This document shows, piece after piece, positions 38,079-47,174 of a DNA stretch of 64,000 nucleotides. The position numbers and the translations under genes were made by a program. Location: the IMG/VR virus record IMGVR_UViG_3300008448_000060, positions 5,503 through 69,502 of that record; one strand, written 5' to 3'. The notes under the pieces are model-generated. The model was not told the DNA's origin, searched no databases, and saw nothing but the letters and a program-made list of their open reading frames with translations. This DNA is from a virus. Position 1 is the stretch's first letter, and every line of letters begins with the position of its first letter.

Positions 38079-39787
38079 TAATATTTCATAAATTGAAATG
38101 GCGTAATTTCCTCTCAACAGGCAATGTTTGGTGCGAAATACAATTGAATAAAACAAGAAGTACAATCGTGGTAGGAAAAAATGGTGATGGTAAATCTACT
38201 ATGCTTGATGCTCTTACATTTGTTTTATTCGGTGAACCATTTAGACAAGTAAAAAAGAATCAATTAATTAACTCAATTAATGGTAAAAATGCTGAAGTAG
38301 AAATTGAATTTTCTTCTGGAACGAATACCTATAAAATAAGAAGAGGAATTAAGCCTAATATATTTGAGTATTATGAAAATGGTGTGTTACAAAATCAATC
38401 AGCAGCAATCAGTGATTGTCAAAAGAAAATAGAAGAACAAATACTTAAAATTAATTATAGAACATTCTGTCAAGTTTGTATTTTAGGATCTGCTTCTTAT
38501 ATTCCTTTTATGCAATTACCTACAAATCAACGTAGATTAGTAATTGAAGATATTTTAGATATAGGTATATTCAGTAAAATGAATGATATACTTAAAATAA
38601 GAGCAGTTGATACTAAATTAGCATTAGTCGATGTAAATAAAGATATAGAAATAGCTAAATCAAATATACAAGCTCAAAAAACTATACTTGAAAATTTATC
38701 AGTATCTAAACAAGAGAATATAATTAAGATAGATGAAAAGATAGAAAAGTATAGAGAAGATATAAAAGAAATACAAAACAAAATAACTATATTAAATAAA
38801 AAACTTTTAGAGATTGATAGTTTAACAATTGACTCAGTAGATGTATTTGATCGTGTAGACAAAGCAAGAAAACTAATCGCAATAAATGAAAGTCGTATTG
38901 CTGAGATACAAGAAAAAATAATGTTCTTTAATGAGAACGAAAATTGTCCTACTTGCGAATCACCTATACAACATAAACAGCATGCATTAAGTAAATTAGA
39001 AAAAGAAAAAGAAGATATAAAATCTAGACTTTCTAAATTATTAGAAGCTTTGACTGCTGGAGAAACTAGATCAAGAGAAATAAGAACATTATTTAATGAA
39101 AAAATAGAAATTAATAATGAAATATCTAATTTAAATACTAGTGTAAAATTTACTGAAACTAATATTGAAAACAGTATAGCTGAAAAACGAACACTATCAG
39201 ACACAACTAGTGATACCAACAAATATAAAGATAAAATTAAAGAACTAGCTGAACTAGCATTAGTTAATGTTGATAAAAAGAATAGTTTAATGCAAACAAT
39301 AGAAATAGAAAATACTTCTAAATTACTCTTACAAGATTCAGGTGTTAAAACTGCTATTATTCGAAAGTATTTACCTGTAATGAATAAATTGATTAATAAA
39401 TATTTACAAGCGATGGACTTTTATGTTCATTTTGAATTAGATGAGAACTTCACTGAGACGATACGTTCAAGACATAGAGATGAATTCACCTATGATAGTT
39501 TTTCAGAGGGTGAAAAAATGCGTATTGACTTAGCTATATTGTTCACATGGCGACATATAGCAAAAATGAAGAACAGTATTAATACATCTTTATTAGTACT
39601 GGATGAAATATTTGACTCATCTTTAGATGCATCAGGTGTAGATTATTTCTTAAACCTAATTTCGCAACTAGATTCTCAAGTCAATGTTTTCGTAATTAGT
39701 CATAAGGGTGATACTCTAATTGAAAAATTTATGAGTACAATTAAATTTGAGAAGAAAAACGACTTCTCTACAATCGTAAATGCATAA
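38075..39787 (+). CDS. gp46: Recombination ATPase gp46 (Rad50-like)
   Basis: NFLSTGN, GKNGDGKST, CPTC zinc hook, FSEGEKMRIDLA, LDEIFDSSLD. Confidence 0.96.
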   Translation: MIIFHKLKWRNFLSTGNVWCEIQLNKTRSTIVVGKNGDGKSTMLDALTFVLFGEPFRQVKKNQLINSINGKNAEVEIEFSSGTNTYKIRRGIKPNIFEYYENGVLQNQSAAISDCQKKIEEQILKINYRTFCQVCILGSASYIPFMQLPTNQRRLVIEDILDIGIFSKMNDILKIRAVDTKLALVDVNKDIEIAKSNIQAQKTILENLSVSKQENIIKIDEKIEKYREDIKEIQNKITILNKKLLEIDSLTIDSVDVFDRVDKARKLIAINESRIAEIQEKIMFFNENENCPTCESPIQHKQHALSKLEKEKEDIKSRLSKLLEALTAGETRSREIRTLFNEKIEINNEISNLNTSVKFTETNIENSIAEKRTLSDTTSDTNKYKDKIKELAELALVNVDKKNSLMQTIEIENTSKLLLQDSGVKTAIIRKYLPVMNKLINKYLQAMDFYVHFELDENFTETIRSRHRDEFTYDSFSEGEKMRIDLAILFTWRHIAKMKNSINTSLLVLDEIFDSSLDASGVDYFLNLISQLDSQVNVFVISHKGDTLIEKFMSTIKFEKKNDFSTIVNA

Positions 39788-39790
39788 ACT

Positions 39791-40102
39791 ATGAGAAAAA
39801 AAAGAAAAGAAAAAGTAGAAATAAACCCTTTCACAAATAAACCAAGCAAAAAACCAATTCGTGAAGGAGTATCAACACAAACAAATGATGTCGACAGAAA
39901 AGATGAATCTAAAACTGTTCTTAGAGATAAACAACATCATTTACATTTTAAGTTAAAATTAATTGAAAACTGGATATATGAAAAAAAGCATAGTAAGTTT
40001 TTATCTGATTCAGAACCAAATCTAAAAGACTTAGAATTAAAACAACATAATATGAAGCATGAATATGATCGTGTGTCTAAATTATTAAAGGAAAGCAAGT
40101 AA
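39791..40102 (+). CDS. Hypothetical basic protein
   Basis: 103 aa ORF whose stop overlaps the def start (TAATG). Confidence 0.5.
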   Translation: MRKKRKEKVEINPFTNKPSKKPIREGVSTQTNDVDRKDESKTVLRDKQHHLHFKLKLIENWIYEKKHSKFLSDSEPNLKDLELKQHNMKHEYDRVSKLLKESK

Positions 40103-40890
40103 TGACTGATGTAAAAGAAGTTGTCTGGGATTCAGTGGATGAAAATGGTAATCCTATAAACCCAAGACTAGCTACAGCTGAAGAAGTAGAAGCAAAAAAG
40201 AAATCAAAATCACTTCCTATTATAGAAGAATCTTTTGATAAACGTATTTTAAAACCAGAACCAACTGTAGTACAAGTTGAAAAGCTAACAAGTAGTTTAG
40301 ATGGAAAAGAAATTATAACACCAGTAAGAACTACTGATGGTTTAATTCCATGGAACGATCCACGTTTAAAAACACCACCAAAAGAATGGGACTTTAAAAA
40401 ACCAGTAGAAGAAGCAGCACAATTAGGATTATTATTGATTAAAGTATCACAAAAATTAAATGGTGCTGGTCTTTCAGCTAATCAAATAGGAATAGATGCA
40501 AAAGTGTTTGCAATTACAGTTATTGAAAACTATCAATATGCTGTTTTTAATCCAGAAATATTAGAATCTTCAGAAGAAGTTGAATTAATGGAAGAAGGAT
40601 GTTTATCTCGTCCAGGATTATGGCTAAAAATATCAAGACCAAAAAAAATTAAAGTTAAATATTTTACATTCAAAGGCGAAGAAGTTCGTACCGAATTAGA
40701 TGGGTTTCATTCAAGAGTATTTCAGCATGAATATGACCATATGTTAGGAATAGACTTTACTCAGAGAGTAGGTAAATTAAAATTAGATATGGCTTTAAAG
40801 AAATTAGATAAACAATTAAGAAAAGCAGCAACTACTCAACAACTAGAATATGAAGCGAAATTAAGACCTAAATTAAGAATTCCTGATTAA
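40102..40890 (+). CDS. def: Peptide deformylase with N-terminal extension
   Basis: All three PDF motifs: GAGLSANQIG, EGCLS, QHEYDH. Confidence 0.93.
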   Translation: MTDVKEVVWDSVDENGNPINPRLATAEEVEAKKKSKSLPIIEESFDKRILKPEPTVVQVEKLTSSLDGKEIITPVRTTDGLIPWNDPRLKTPPKEWDFKKPVEEAAQLGLLLIKVSQKLNGAGLSANQIGIDAKVFAITVIENYQYAVFNPEILESSEEVELMEEGCLSRPGLWLKISRPKKIKVKYFTFKGEEVRTELDGFHSRVFQHEYDHMLGIDFTQRVGKLKLDMALKKLDKQLRKAATTQQLEYEAKLRPKLRIPD

Positions 40891-40922
40891 TTTACTTCCA
40901 AGAAATTTTATAGTATAATATA
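40891..40922 (+). promoter_or_regulatory. Sigma70-type promoter; 32-nt exact copy at 51143-51174
   Basis: TTTACTTCCAAGAAATTTTATAGTATAATATA (TTTACT-N17-TATAAT). Confidence 0.75.
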
Positions 40923-40955
40923 TACTTAATCAACTAAAAAGGTACTTTTATTATT

Positions 40956-41129
40956 ATGGACTCAAGATTTGACCACATTAATTCCCTTCAAAAACAAAAA
41001 CAAGCATTCGAACACCAATTAAGATTACAAAAAGAAAGAGACGCGATGTATGCTGAATTATCTCGTGTTGGTATTATATTTGGTGTTGGTTTTGCAGCAG
41101 GATTATTATTTAATGTTATATTCTTTTAA
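40956..41129 (+). CDS. Small membrane protein (57 aa; not in ORF track)
   Basis: MDSRFDHINSLQKQKQAFEHQLRLQKERDAMYAELSRVGIIFGVGFAAGLLFNVIFF; directly after a promoter; C-terminal TM helix. Confidence 0.6.
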   Translation: MDSRFDHINSLQKQKQAFEHQLRLQKERDAMYAELSRVGIIFGVGFAAGLLFNVIFF

Positions 41130-41274
41130 ATCACATAACGAATTAAATAAAAATTTGACTGATTATATTTCAACAGTCACTGATAAAAAAGACATTTCTA
41201 AAATACCGATCGAATCGATCAATGATTTTTTAAATGGTTTAGAGTCATTTTTAGAAGAATCAGCAAGCAATTAA
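41113..41274 (+). CDS. Hypothetical protein (53 aa)
   Basis: 3' part of track ORF 41050..41274 starting at ATG 41113 (MLYSFKSHNEL...). Confidence 0.4.
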   Translation: MLYSFKSHNELNKNLTDYISTVTDKKDISKIPIESINDFLNGLESFLEESASN

Positions 41275-41298
41275 GGCGAAATTAAGGCGACTTTAATA

Positions 41299-41369
41299 TA
41301 AGTCACTGATTTATATACCTTTTTTATTTTCTCCTAATTATATACTTTTAGATCATTTTATAGTAGAAT
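41299..41369 (+). promoter_or_regulatory. IHF-like site plus TATACT-N17-TAGAAT promoter upstream of the CobT-like gene
   Basis: Minus strand reads A6-N8-AATCAGTGACTTA (WATCAR-N4-TTR); -35 at 41341, -10 at 41364. Confidence 0.6.
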
Positions 41370-41382
41370 ATATGTATATATT

Positions 41383-43590
41383 ATGAATAAAAAAGATTTA
41401 TTAGCGAAACTACTTTCTACTGAAAATATAACTGTTTTAAGACAGCCTGTTGCGACTGCATCTTTTAACGTTGAAACTAGAGTTCTTACTCTTCCTGTCT
41501 GGAAGAACCTTTCCGAAAATATCGAAAATATGTTGATTGCCCATGAAGTAGGGCATGCTCTTTACACTCCATTTAGAAAATCAGAAACAGAAGAATTTAA
41601 TAATAATAAACTATTACATTCTTGGGCGAATGTTATTGAGGATGTTAGGATTGAAAAGAAAATACAAAACGAATATCCAGGATTGAAAAAAGACTTTGTT
41701 TCAGCTTATAAAGAATTAGTTGATAGAAATTTTTTTGGTGTTAAAGGTAGAGATTTAGTGAAAGAACAATTTATTAATAAAGCAAATTTATTTTATAAAG
41801 CTGGTTATAATTGTGGTGTTAAATTTACAGCAGAAGAATATGGTTATATAAAAGAAATTGATAATTGCGAAACGTTTGATGATGTTATGAAGTTAGCGAA
41901 AAAACTTACTGCTTATTCTGTTGCTAAAAAAGAATTAGAAAAACAAGCTTTAGAAAAACTTGCTGCACTGTACTTACAAAATGGTGATGAGAATGAACAA
42001 GGTGAACAACTTAAAGATTCTTTAAAAGGTCTTCTTATGGATGAACTGGACGCAGATGGAAATAAAATAGGTGGTTCTAAATCTAATCCTGAAACAACTG
42101 TTCTTGAAACTGATAATACTACTGAAGAAACAATTCAAGATAAGTTTGATAATATGTTATCAAAACATACAAGTAATAATGAATTTGTTATTGTTGACTA
42201 TAATCCAAAATTTGTAGGATTTGATCCTTATGTACCATATAAAAAATATATGACAGATGTAGATGCTTGGTTAGCAATTAGAAAAACTAAGGAAGATTTA
42301 GAATTAGCGAATGCTAAAAAAGCAGGTCACGGAGGATGGGAAACTACTGAAGATAAAATAAGATTAGCGAGCATTGAATTCAATTCATATCTACAAGAAA
42401 CCAAAAAAGAAGTAAATTACTTGCTTAAAGAATTTGAAATGAGAAAATCAGCAAATCAATATTATAAAACAAAAGAACATAAAACTGGTGTAATTGATAT
42501 TAGGAAATTAGCATCTTATAAAATTAAAGAAGAAATATTTAAAACTATCCAATCATTACCAAAGGGAAAAAATCATGGAATGGTTATGTTAATGGATTGG
42601 TCTGGTAGTATGAGTGGCATATTAAAAGACGTTATTAAACAAGTTTATTTGATGACTAGTTTTTGCAAAATAGCAAATATACCATTTACTGTTCTTGCTT
42701 TCACTAATGGTATATCTGACTCTAATCCTGAGAAAGCATTATGTGATGTTGAAAGAACAAAACAATTTGGTGAAAGATATATACCCTATGATGATAAACT
42801 ATCGCCTGAAGAAAATCAAGCTAGAAAGTCAATTACAAATCAATTAGATGTTGAGATGTTTAGAGTTGTTGAAATTTTATCTAATAAAATGAACAAAGAA
42901 GAATATAATAAAATGGGTGCTTTATTATTCTCTGAAGTATATAAAAATGTTTCTAATTATAAATTAGCATCAACACCTTTAAATGAATCTTTATATTATA
43001 TGATTGATTTCTTACCAAGATTTAAAAAATTAAATAATGTTCAAAAACTTTCTTTTATAGTATTAACAGATGGCGAAGGACATAGCATCCAGCCAAGACG
43101 TTTTGAATCTTACAGTTATTCTATAAAAAAACATTTATATCTTAGGAAAGATAATAAAGAATATGAATTTAAAACATATATGCAAACTGGTACTTTAATT
43201 AAAATAATAAAAGATCAAGATCCAAATACAACTTGTCTTGCGTTTTCTTTAATAAGAAACAATAGAAGACATATAAGCAATACATTATCTCATTTAAACA
43301 GTTATACAAATGATGGTCAGTTTGGAAATGCTGACGAATCTACAGTAATTAAAATAGCAAAAGATTTTAAAGAATTAGGTGCTTCTGCATTAAAACAAGT
43401 TAATTCTTATGATGAATATTATTTAATCCCAATAGAAAATATTAAACCTGAAGCTTTAAATATTGTTAATGATTTGACTTCTACAAAAGAAAAAACAGCA
43501 AATCAAATAGCAAAATCATTTACTAAGCTTTTAAAACAAAATAGAAATAGTAGATTCTTATTAACTTCTTTTGCAAAGCAGGTAGCATAA
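41383..43590 (+). CDS. CobT-like protein: N-terminal HExxH domain plus C-terminal vWA domain
   Basis: AHEVGHAL..., NVIED.RIE; vWA MIDAS DWSGSM, TPLNE, LTDGE. Confidence 0.8.
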   Translation: MNKKDLLAKLLSTENITVLRQPVATASFNVETRVLTLPVWKNLSENIENMLIAHEVGHALYTPFRKSETEEFNNNKLLHSWANVIEDVRIEKKIQNEYPGLKKDFVSAYKELVDRNFFGVKGRDLVKEQFINKANLFYKAGYNCGVKFTAEEYGYIKEIDNCETFDDVMKLAKKLTAYSVAKKELEKQALEKLAALYLQNGDENEQGEQLKDSLKGLLMDELDADGNKIGGSKSNPETTVLETDNTTEETIQDKFDNMLSKHTSNNEFVIVDYNPKFVGFDPYVPYKKYMTDVDAWLAIRKTKEDLELANAKKAGHGGWETTEDKIRLASIEFNSYLQETKKEVNYLLKEFEMRKSANQYYKTKEHKTGVIDIRKLASYKIKEEIFKTIQSLPKGKNHGMVMLMDWSGSMSGILKDVIKQVYLMTSFCKIANIPFTVLAFTNGISDSNPEKALCDVERTKQFGERYIPYDDKLSPEENQARKSITNQLDVEMFRVVEILSNKMNKEEYNKMGALLFSEVYKNVSNYKLASTPLNESLYYMIDFLPRFKKLNNVQKLSFIVLTDGEGHSIQPRRFESYSYSIKKHLYLRKDNKEYEFKTYMQTGTLIKIIKDQDPNTTCLAFSLIRNNRRHISNTLSHLNSYTNDGQFGNADESTVIKIAKDFKELGASALKQVNSYDEYYLIPIENIKPEALNIVNDLTSTKEKTANQIAKSFTKLLKQNRNSRFLLTSFAKQVA

Positions 43591-43907
43591 TGGCTGAAAC
43601 AATATCATTAAAAGATAAAATTATAGAGTTAAGATCTAAAATACTTATACATTCTTATATGTATTGGTATAAAGATAATCCTCTTGTGTCTGATACTTTA
43701 TTTGATGCTTGGAAAAAACAATTAGTTGAATATCAAGCTGAACATAAACAAAAATTTCCTAATGAGAGAATAGAATTTTTTGAAACTGCATTTATTAATT
43801 GGGATGGCACTAATTCAAAAAGTCTTCCTTTGTTTGATGAGTGGATTACGAATAGAGTTGAAGTGCTTGACAAATATAAAAATGCGACTCCATATTTTAA
43901 TATTTAA
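43590..43907 (+). CDS. Stand-alone protein resembling domain Ia of NAD-dependent DNA ligase
   Basis: LR..I..H.Y.YW.KDNPLVSD..FD motif matches the LigA N-terminal YY..D.P..SD..YD pattern. Confidence 0.6.
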   Translation: MAETISLKDKIIELRSKILIHSYMYWYKDNPLVSDTLFDAWKKQLVEYQAEHKQKFPNERIEFFETAFINWDGTNSKSLPLFDEWITNRVEVLDKYKNATPYFNI

Positions 43908-44064
43908 ATTTATGATATTACTATCCTTATCTGGTTGTTTTGGTTCTACACTATTTACTTTGGGTGAAATTAAAATAACCACTGGGGATGTAATGACAAA
44001 AATAGTTAAAATTATACCAAAAAACGATGAAAATCTAGAAGACTACGAAAATAAAAAACTATAA
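43882..44064 (+). CDS. Small putative lipoprotein
   Basis: From ATG 43882: MRLHILIFKFMILLSLSGC, hydrophobic stretch plus LSGC lipobox. Confidence 0.45.
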   Translation: MRLHILIFKFMILLSLSGCFGSTLFTLGEIKITTGDVMTKIVKIIPKNDENLEDYENKKL

Positions 44065-44070
44065 TATGAC

Positions 44071-44140
44071 TAAACCATTGAAATATATATCTTTTTTATT
44101 TTCTGGAAGTATATACTTTTTCAACGAATTATGCTATAAT
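44071..44140 (+). promoter_or_regulatory. IHF-like site plus TATACT-N17-TATAAT promoter upstream of the CobS-like gene
   Basis: Minus strand A6-N8-TTTCAATGGTTTA (one mismatch to consensus); -35 at 44112, -10 at 44135. Confidence 0.6.
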
Positions 44141-44142
44141 AT

Positions 44143-45342
44143 ATGTATAAACCAACTAAAAAAGGCAAATATATGATGAATAATGCGAATATAAAAAAGT
44201 TTGTAGAATCTCTACATAAATCTTATTCCAATGATGAGAATAAATTTAATTGGAAACAGATTGTTAAAGTTTTTAAAACTACTAAGTTTGACAACAAATC
44301 AGAAGTTTATAACTGGGTGAAAGCCCAAAAAACTGGGAGAGGATCTTATATTATTCCTCTTTCAAGTGTTTCTTCTTCAGTGACAAATAATGTTGTTAAA
44401 ATTGATACTGTAAAATCTGAATCTTCTAATTTAGATGTTAAGTCTTTAGTTCCAATTAGAGATAGTAATTATGTCCCATTCGGAAATTATAAAGACTTAG
44501 AAACTATCATAACTTCTAGACAATTTTATCCAACATTTGTGACTGGACCGACTGGTAATGGTAAATCTACTTCGATTGAACAAATTTGTGCAAAACATAA
44601 AATTTCTTTAATTAGAGTTAATTTAAACAGCTTAACAGACGAAGATCAATTAATCGGTACTAAAACACTTGTCGATGGTAATATACAAATCGTAGAGGGA
44701 CCAGTTGTTATAGCAATGAGATTAGGAATCCCATTATTGCTTGATGAGATCGATGCTGGTGGTGCTAATACTCTATTATGTTTACAACCAATTCTAGAGG
44801 GTAAGCCATTCTACTTTAAATTAAAGAACGAGATTATCGTTCCAAAAAATGGTTTTAATATATTCGCCACAGCGAATACCAAAGGCAAAGGTTCAGAAGA
44901 TGGAAGATATATTGGTACGAATGTTTTGAATGAAGCATTTCTAGAGAGATTTGCTGTGACATTCCAACAAGAATATCCAACACCATCGATTGAATTAAAG
45001 ATTGTTAAAAATCTGATGGACTCTTATAAATGTAAGAATGATAAATTCGCTCAGACTCTAGTTAAGTGGGCTGATGTGATTAGAAAAACAAATGAATCAG
45101 GTGGTGTTGATGAAACAATTACTACAAGAAGATTGGTTCATATTGTAAGAGCATATTCAGTATTTAAAGATATTGATAAATCTATACAGTTATGTACAAA
45201 TAGATTCGATGAAGCAACAAGACTTGCTTTTATTGATTTGTTTGACAAAGTATCAAATAACAGAGAAACTTCGGCTCCGAAACCATCAGAGTCTGAAGTT
45301 GCGAGTGCTGTAGTTAATCAACAACAAACAGTGAGTGCTTAA
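44143..45342 (+). CDS. CobS-like/MoxR AAA+ ATPase
   Basis: GPTGNGKS, LLLDEID, ATANTKGKGSEDGRYIGTNVLNEAFLERF, ITTRRLVHI; true start may be a Met about 10 codons downstream. Confidence 0.9.
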   Translation: MYKPTKKGKYMMNNANIKKFVESLHKSYSNDENKFNWKQIVKVFKTTKFDNKSEVYNWVKAQKTGRGSYIIPLSSVSSSVTNNVVKIDTVKSESSNLDVKSLVPIRDSNYVPFGNYKDLETIITSRQFYPTFVTGPTGNGKSTSIEQICAKHKISLIRVNLNSLTDEDQLIGTKTLVDGNIQIVEGPVVIAMRLGIPLLLDEIDAGGANTLLCLQPILEGKPFYFKLKNEIIVPKNGFNIFATANTKGKGSEDGRYIGTNVLNEAFLERFAVTFQQEYPTPSIELKIVKNLMDSYKCKNDKFAQTLVKWADVIRKTNESGGVDETITTRRLVHIVRAYSVFKDIDKSIQLCTNRFDEATRLAFIDLFDKVSNNRETSAPKPSESEVASAVVNQQQTVSA

Positions 45343-45707
45343 TGCTAACTTGGAATTCACTTACTAAATCACAAAAACGTTGGGTAGAAAACGTTTCTAA
45401 AATTCTACCCGATTGTGTAAGTAAAGGGTATATTACAGCAACACAATGTTATGACTCTTTTAAGCAATTAGAAAAACAAAGAGTTTCAGGTAGTCCAAAA
45501 ATTGGATATCCAAATTGGTTGTTTAAACTTAATAAAATTAAAAGAGGAATATACTTATTTCCAGCAGAGGGAGTGACAGTACAAAAAGCATCTCAATCTT
45601 TAAATGGTAAAGCTGAACCAATTGTTATTACTAGTAGAGTATCAGAAGAAGATAAATCATTTTTAAATGATTTAAAAGCTTTTGGTATTGATATAAGAGT
45701 TTCTTAA
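45342..45707 (+). CDS. Hypothetical protein, paralogue of 45807..46154
   Basis: Shares K.Q..WV, G.I.A..CY, KIGYPNWLFK.NKI..G.Y.FPA.G and EEDK.F. Confidence 0.7.
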   Translation: MLTWNSLTKSQKRWVENVSKILPDCVSKGYITATQCYDSFKQLEKQRVSGSPKIGYPNWLFKLNKIKRGIYLFPAEGVTVQKASQSLNGKAEPIVITSRVSEEDKSFLNDLKAFGIDIRVS

Positions 45708-45771
45708 TGGGAGTTTTTATTAAATTGTAAAGTGGGAGTCCCATATAAGAAATTATCCTTTTTTCTCCCAC

Positions 45772-45800
45772 TTTACTTACAATAAAATTTATAATATAAT
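45772..45800 (+). promoter_or_regulatory. Sigma70-type promoter
   Basis: TTTACT(45772)-N17-TATAAT(45795). Confidence 0.65.
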
Positions 45801-45806
45801 ATTGAT

Positions 45807-46154
45807 ATGATAACATACGATAATGCTTCTAAAGCTCAAAGAAAATGGGTTGATGCAGTAATTACAATTTTCCCAAATCTTGAGAAAACTGGAGTAATTT
45901 CAGCAGCAGAATGTTATTCGGCTCATATGAATTTATTAAAAAATCGTAAAGCAGATTCAGATAAAATTGGATACCCAAATTGGTTGTTTAAAACTAATAA
46001 AATAAGTCCAGGAGTTTATTTTTTTCCTGCGAAAGGATTAAATCCTGATAATATAGTTAAAACTATTCCAGTGGGAGATTCTAATATAAGAGCAGAAGTA
46101 TCAAAAACAGAAGAAGATAAGCAATTTTTTAAAGATGTATTAACTAATGTATAA
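45807..46154 (+). CDS. Hypothetical protein, paralogue of 45342..45707
   Basis: Same motifs as its upstream paralogue. Confidence 0.7.
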   Translation: MITYDNASKAQRKWVDAVITIFPNLEKTGVISAAECYSAHMNLLKNRKADSDKIGYPNWLFKTNKISPGVYFFPAKGLNPDNIVKTIPVGDSNIRAEVSKTEEDKQFFKDVLTNV

Positions 46155-46428
46155 ATTTAACGAAGATAAACTATTAAAAGAATTTAAACAATATATTGAC
46201 CAAACATATAAAGGTCATTATTCTAAAAAGAAATTTCAATCAACAGAGTTCATCGTTGATTGTGGTCATGGTCTAGGATTTACACTAGGCAATGTTTTAA
46301 AATATGCTCAAAGGTATGGGCATAAAGATGGACAAAATCGTAAAGATCTTTTAAAGATTTTACACTATGCTCTTCTTGCTTTATATATACACGATCAAGG
46401 AGAAAAACTTAATAATGAAAAGGAGTGA
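46147..46428 (+). CDS. DUF3310-like conserved phage protein
   Basis: TY..HY, GF.LGNVLKYAQRYG.KDG..RKDLLK..HYA. Confidence 0.75.
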   Translation: MYKFNEDKLLKEFKQYIDQTYKGHYSKKKFQSTEFIVDCGHGLGFTLGNVLKYAQRYGHKDGQNRKDLLKILHYALLALYIHDQGEKLNNEKE

Positions 46429-47132
46429 GAATGAAACTAAGTAAAGAAACAATTGCGATTATGAAAAACTTCGCAGGAATTAATGCCAATCTAATGTTAA
46501 AGAATGGTAATAAAATATCAACAATATCGCCAGCAAAAAGTGTAATGGCTGTAGCACAAATTTCAGAGAATTTGCCAATCAATGGTTCTGGAAATTTTGG
46601 CATATACGAATTAAACGATTTTTTATCAGCTTATACATTAATGGAAGATGCAGATTTAACATTTGGTGATAATTTTTGTATGATTTCTAAAGGTCATCAA
46701 AAAATTAAATTCTATTCAGCAGCAAGTGAAATGCTACTTGTTCCATCAAAAGAAAGTTTGCCTGTTTCTAATGATGTATCTTTTAATTTAAAAGCAGCAG
46801 ATTTAGATATGATTTCAAAGTCAGCAGCAATTTTAAAAGTAAGCGATATATCAATCGTATCAAAAGATGGTAAAGTAAGTGTTGAAGTTGCTGATAAAAA
46901 AGCACAACAAGCTGCAAAATCAGGACAATCAACAGCTAATGCTTTTAATCTAGATATTGGTACGTCAGATAAAGAGTTTAAAGTAAATATGAAAGTTGAA
47001 AATTTACAAAAAATTGTACTTACAGATTATGTAGTGACAGTTGATAGCAAAAAACTATCTAAGTTTTCAGCAACTAAAGGTTCGCTAGTATATTACATCG
47101 CAATCGAATCTGATTCTGTAATCGGCAAATAA
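46425..47132 (+). CDS. gp45: Sliding clamp gp45
   Basis: MKLSKET...KNFA.IN, FGIYELN.FL, YYIA.E.DS; upstream of gp44. Confidence 0.92.
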   Translation: MRMKLSKETIAIMKNFAGINANLMLKNGNKISTISPAKSVMAVAQISENLPINGSGNFGIYELNDFLSAYTLMEDADLTFGDNFCMISKGHQKIKFYSAASEMLLVPSKESLPVSNDVSFNLKAADLDMISKSAAILKVSDISIVSKDGKVSVEVADKKAQQAAKSGQSTANAFNLDIGTSDKEFKVNMKVENLQKIVLTDYVVTVDSKKLSKFSATKGSLVYYIAIESDSVIGK

Positions 47133-47134
47133 TT

Positions 47135-47157
47135 TAATGGGAGGAATACTCCCATTA
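47135..47157 (+). other. 9-bp hairpin between gp45 and gp44
   Basis: TAATGGGAG-GAATA-CTCCCATTA; no T tract, so function is unclear. Confidence 0.5.
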
Positions 47158-47174
47158 TACATCTATATTATATT

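Noticed and set aside
41050-41112. 5' part of track ORF 41050..41274
   Set aside because: Overlaps the better-supported 40956..41129 membrane ORF; ATG 41113 is the more plausible start
41383-45342. Cobalamin biosynthesis (cobS/cobT) as a metabolic function
   Set aside because: No cobN or other cob genes; the motifs support only a generic MoxR AAA+/vWA pair
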